A DNA stretch of 60,344 nt, counting the filler, from Sphacelaria rigidula (lineage: Eukaryota): assembly GCA_964200075.2 (NCBI GenBank). It is 4 parts of 4 records of this genome, joined end to end, with 100 filler letters (N's around TTAATTAATTAA, not from the genome) between each part and the next. Parts side by side here need not be neighbours in the genome. Positions count along the whole stretch, not along the records: positions 45,335 to 60,344 come from CAXNAA020001943.1; 3 more parts are not named here. One strand, 5' to 3'. Shown here piece after piece: positions 60,003 to 60,344 of this stretch (its first letter is position 1; each line of letters starts with the position of its first letter). The notes under the pieces were generated by a model, which was not told where the DNA came from, ran no database searches, and saw only the letters and a program-made list of their open reading frames with translations. The position numbers were made by a program, and so were the translations under genes.

Positions 60003-60344
60003 CATAGCCCAACGTGCGGGGCTTATTAGGGGTCGAATCGTGTTGCCTATTGCCGCCCTCCCTGTGCTCACTCGAACAGCACTTCATCCCCTCAAGAGTG
60101 GATACCGCCACTCGTACTGTGTGCCATAATTAAGTGCTCCTGATTCCTCGGCATCTTCTGCTCACCTGACGTAGCTGACGGGGTACTTCCGCATATCGAT
60201 CGCACTGTGACTTGAGCGTTCGATCATGGATGTACCCAGGAGTGCCCCCCCCCCCCCCCCCCCCAAAACGAGGCCATATGCCGATTTTTTCAATCCTAGG
60301 GGTTTTTTTTTGGGGGGGGGGGGGGGCTCAAAACCCCCACAAAA

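Overview
This is eukaryotic, intron-rich, repeat-rich DNA, most consistent with a brown alga (Phaeophyceae); that assignment is inferred from gene structure, domain style and repeat content. It is not one continuous locus. Three identical 100-nt linkers (44 N + TTAATTAATTAA + 44 N) join four size-sorted contigs of 15012, 15011, 15011 and 15010 nt. Contig 1 (1-15012) holds the 5' end of a degraded copia-like LTR retrotransposon and a 10-exon TTLL6/13-like tubulin polyglutamylase (- strand) with MITEs in its introns. Contig 2 (15113-30123) holds a complete 5-exon SENP8/NEDP1 deneddylase (- strand), elements carrying a 42-bp minisatellite, foldback elements and a near-perfect 87-nt hairpin. Contig 3 (30224-45234) holds an old, internally deleted chromodomain-type Ty3/gypsy element with paired 219-bp LTRs, possibly inside an intron of a coiled-coil gene. 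It also has nested MITEs, two tRNA-derived SINE copies and a degenerate tRNA-Ala(CGC). Contig 4 (45335-60344) holds MITEs, a SINE, and a gene for an F5/8-type-C-like domain plus two copies of an uncharacterised ~135-aa domain, produced by tandem duplication of a 3-exon cassette. I see no CRISPR array and no prokaryotic-type system. The best leads are the cassette-duplicated protein, an unclassified ~310-bp high-copy element with terminal direct repeats and a 3' hairpin, and apparent module sharing among the SINEs. All coordinates and alignments were read by eye.
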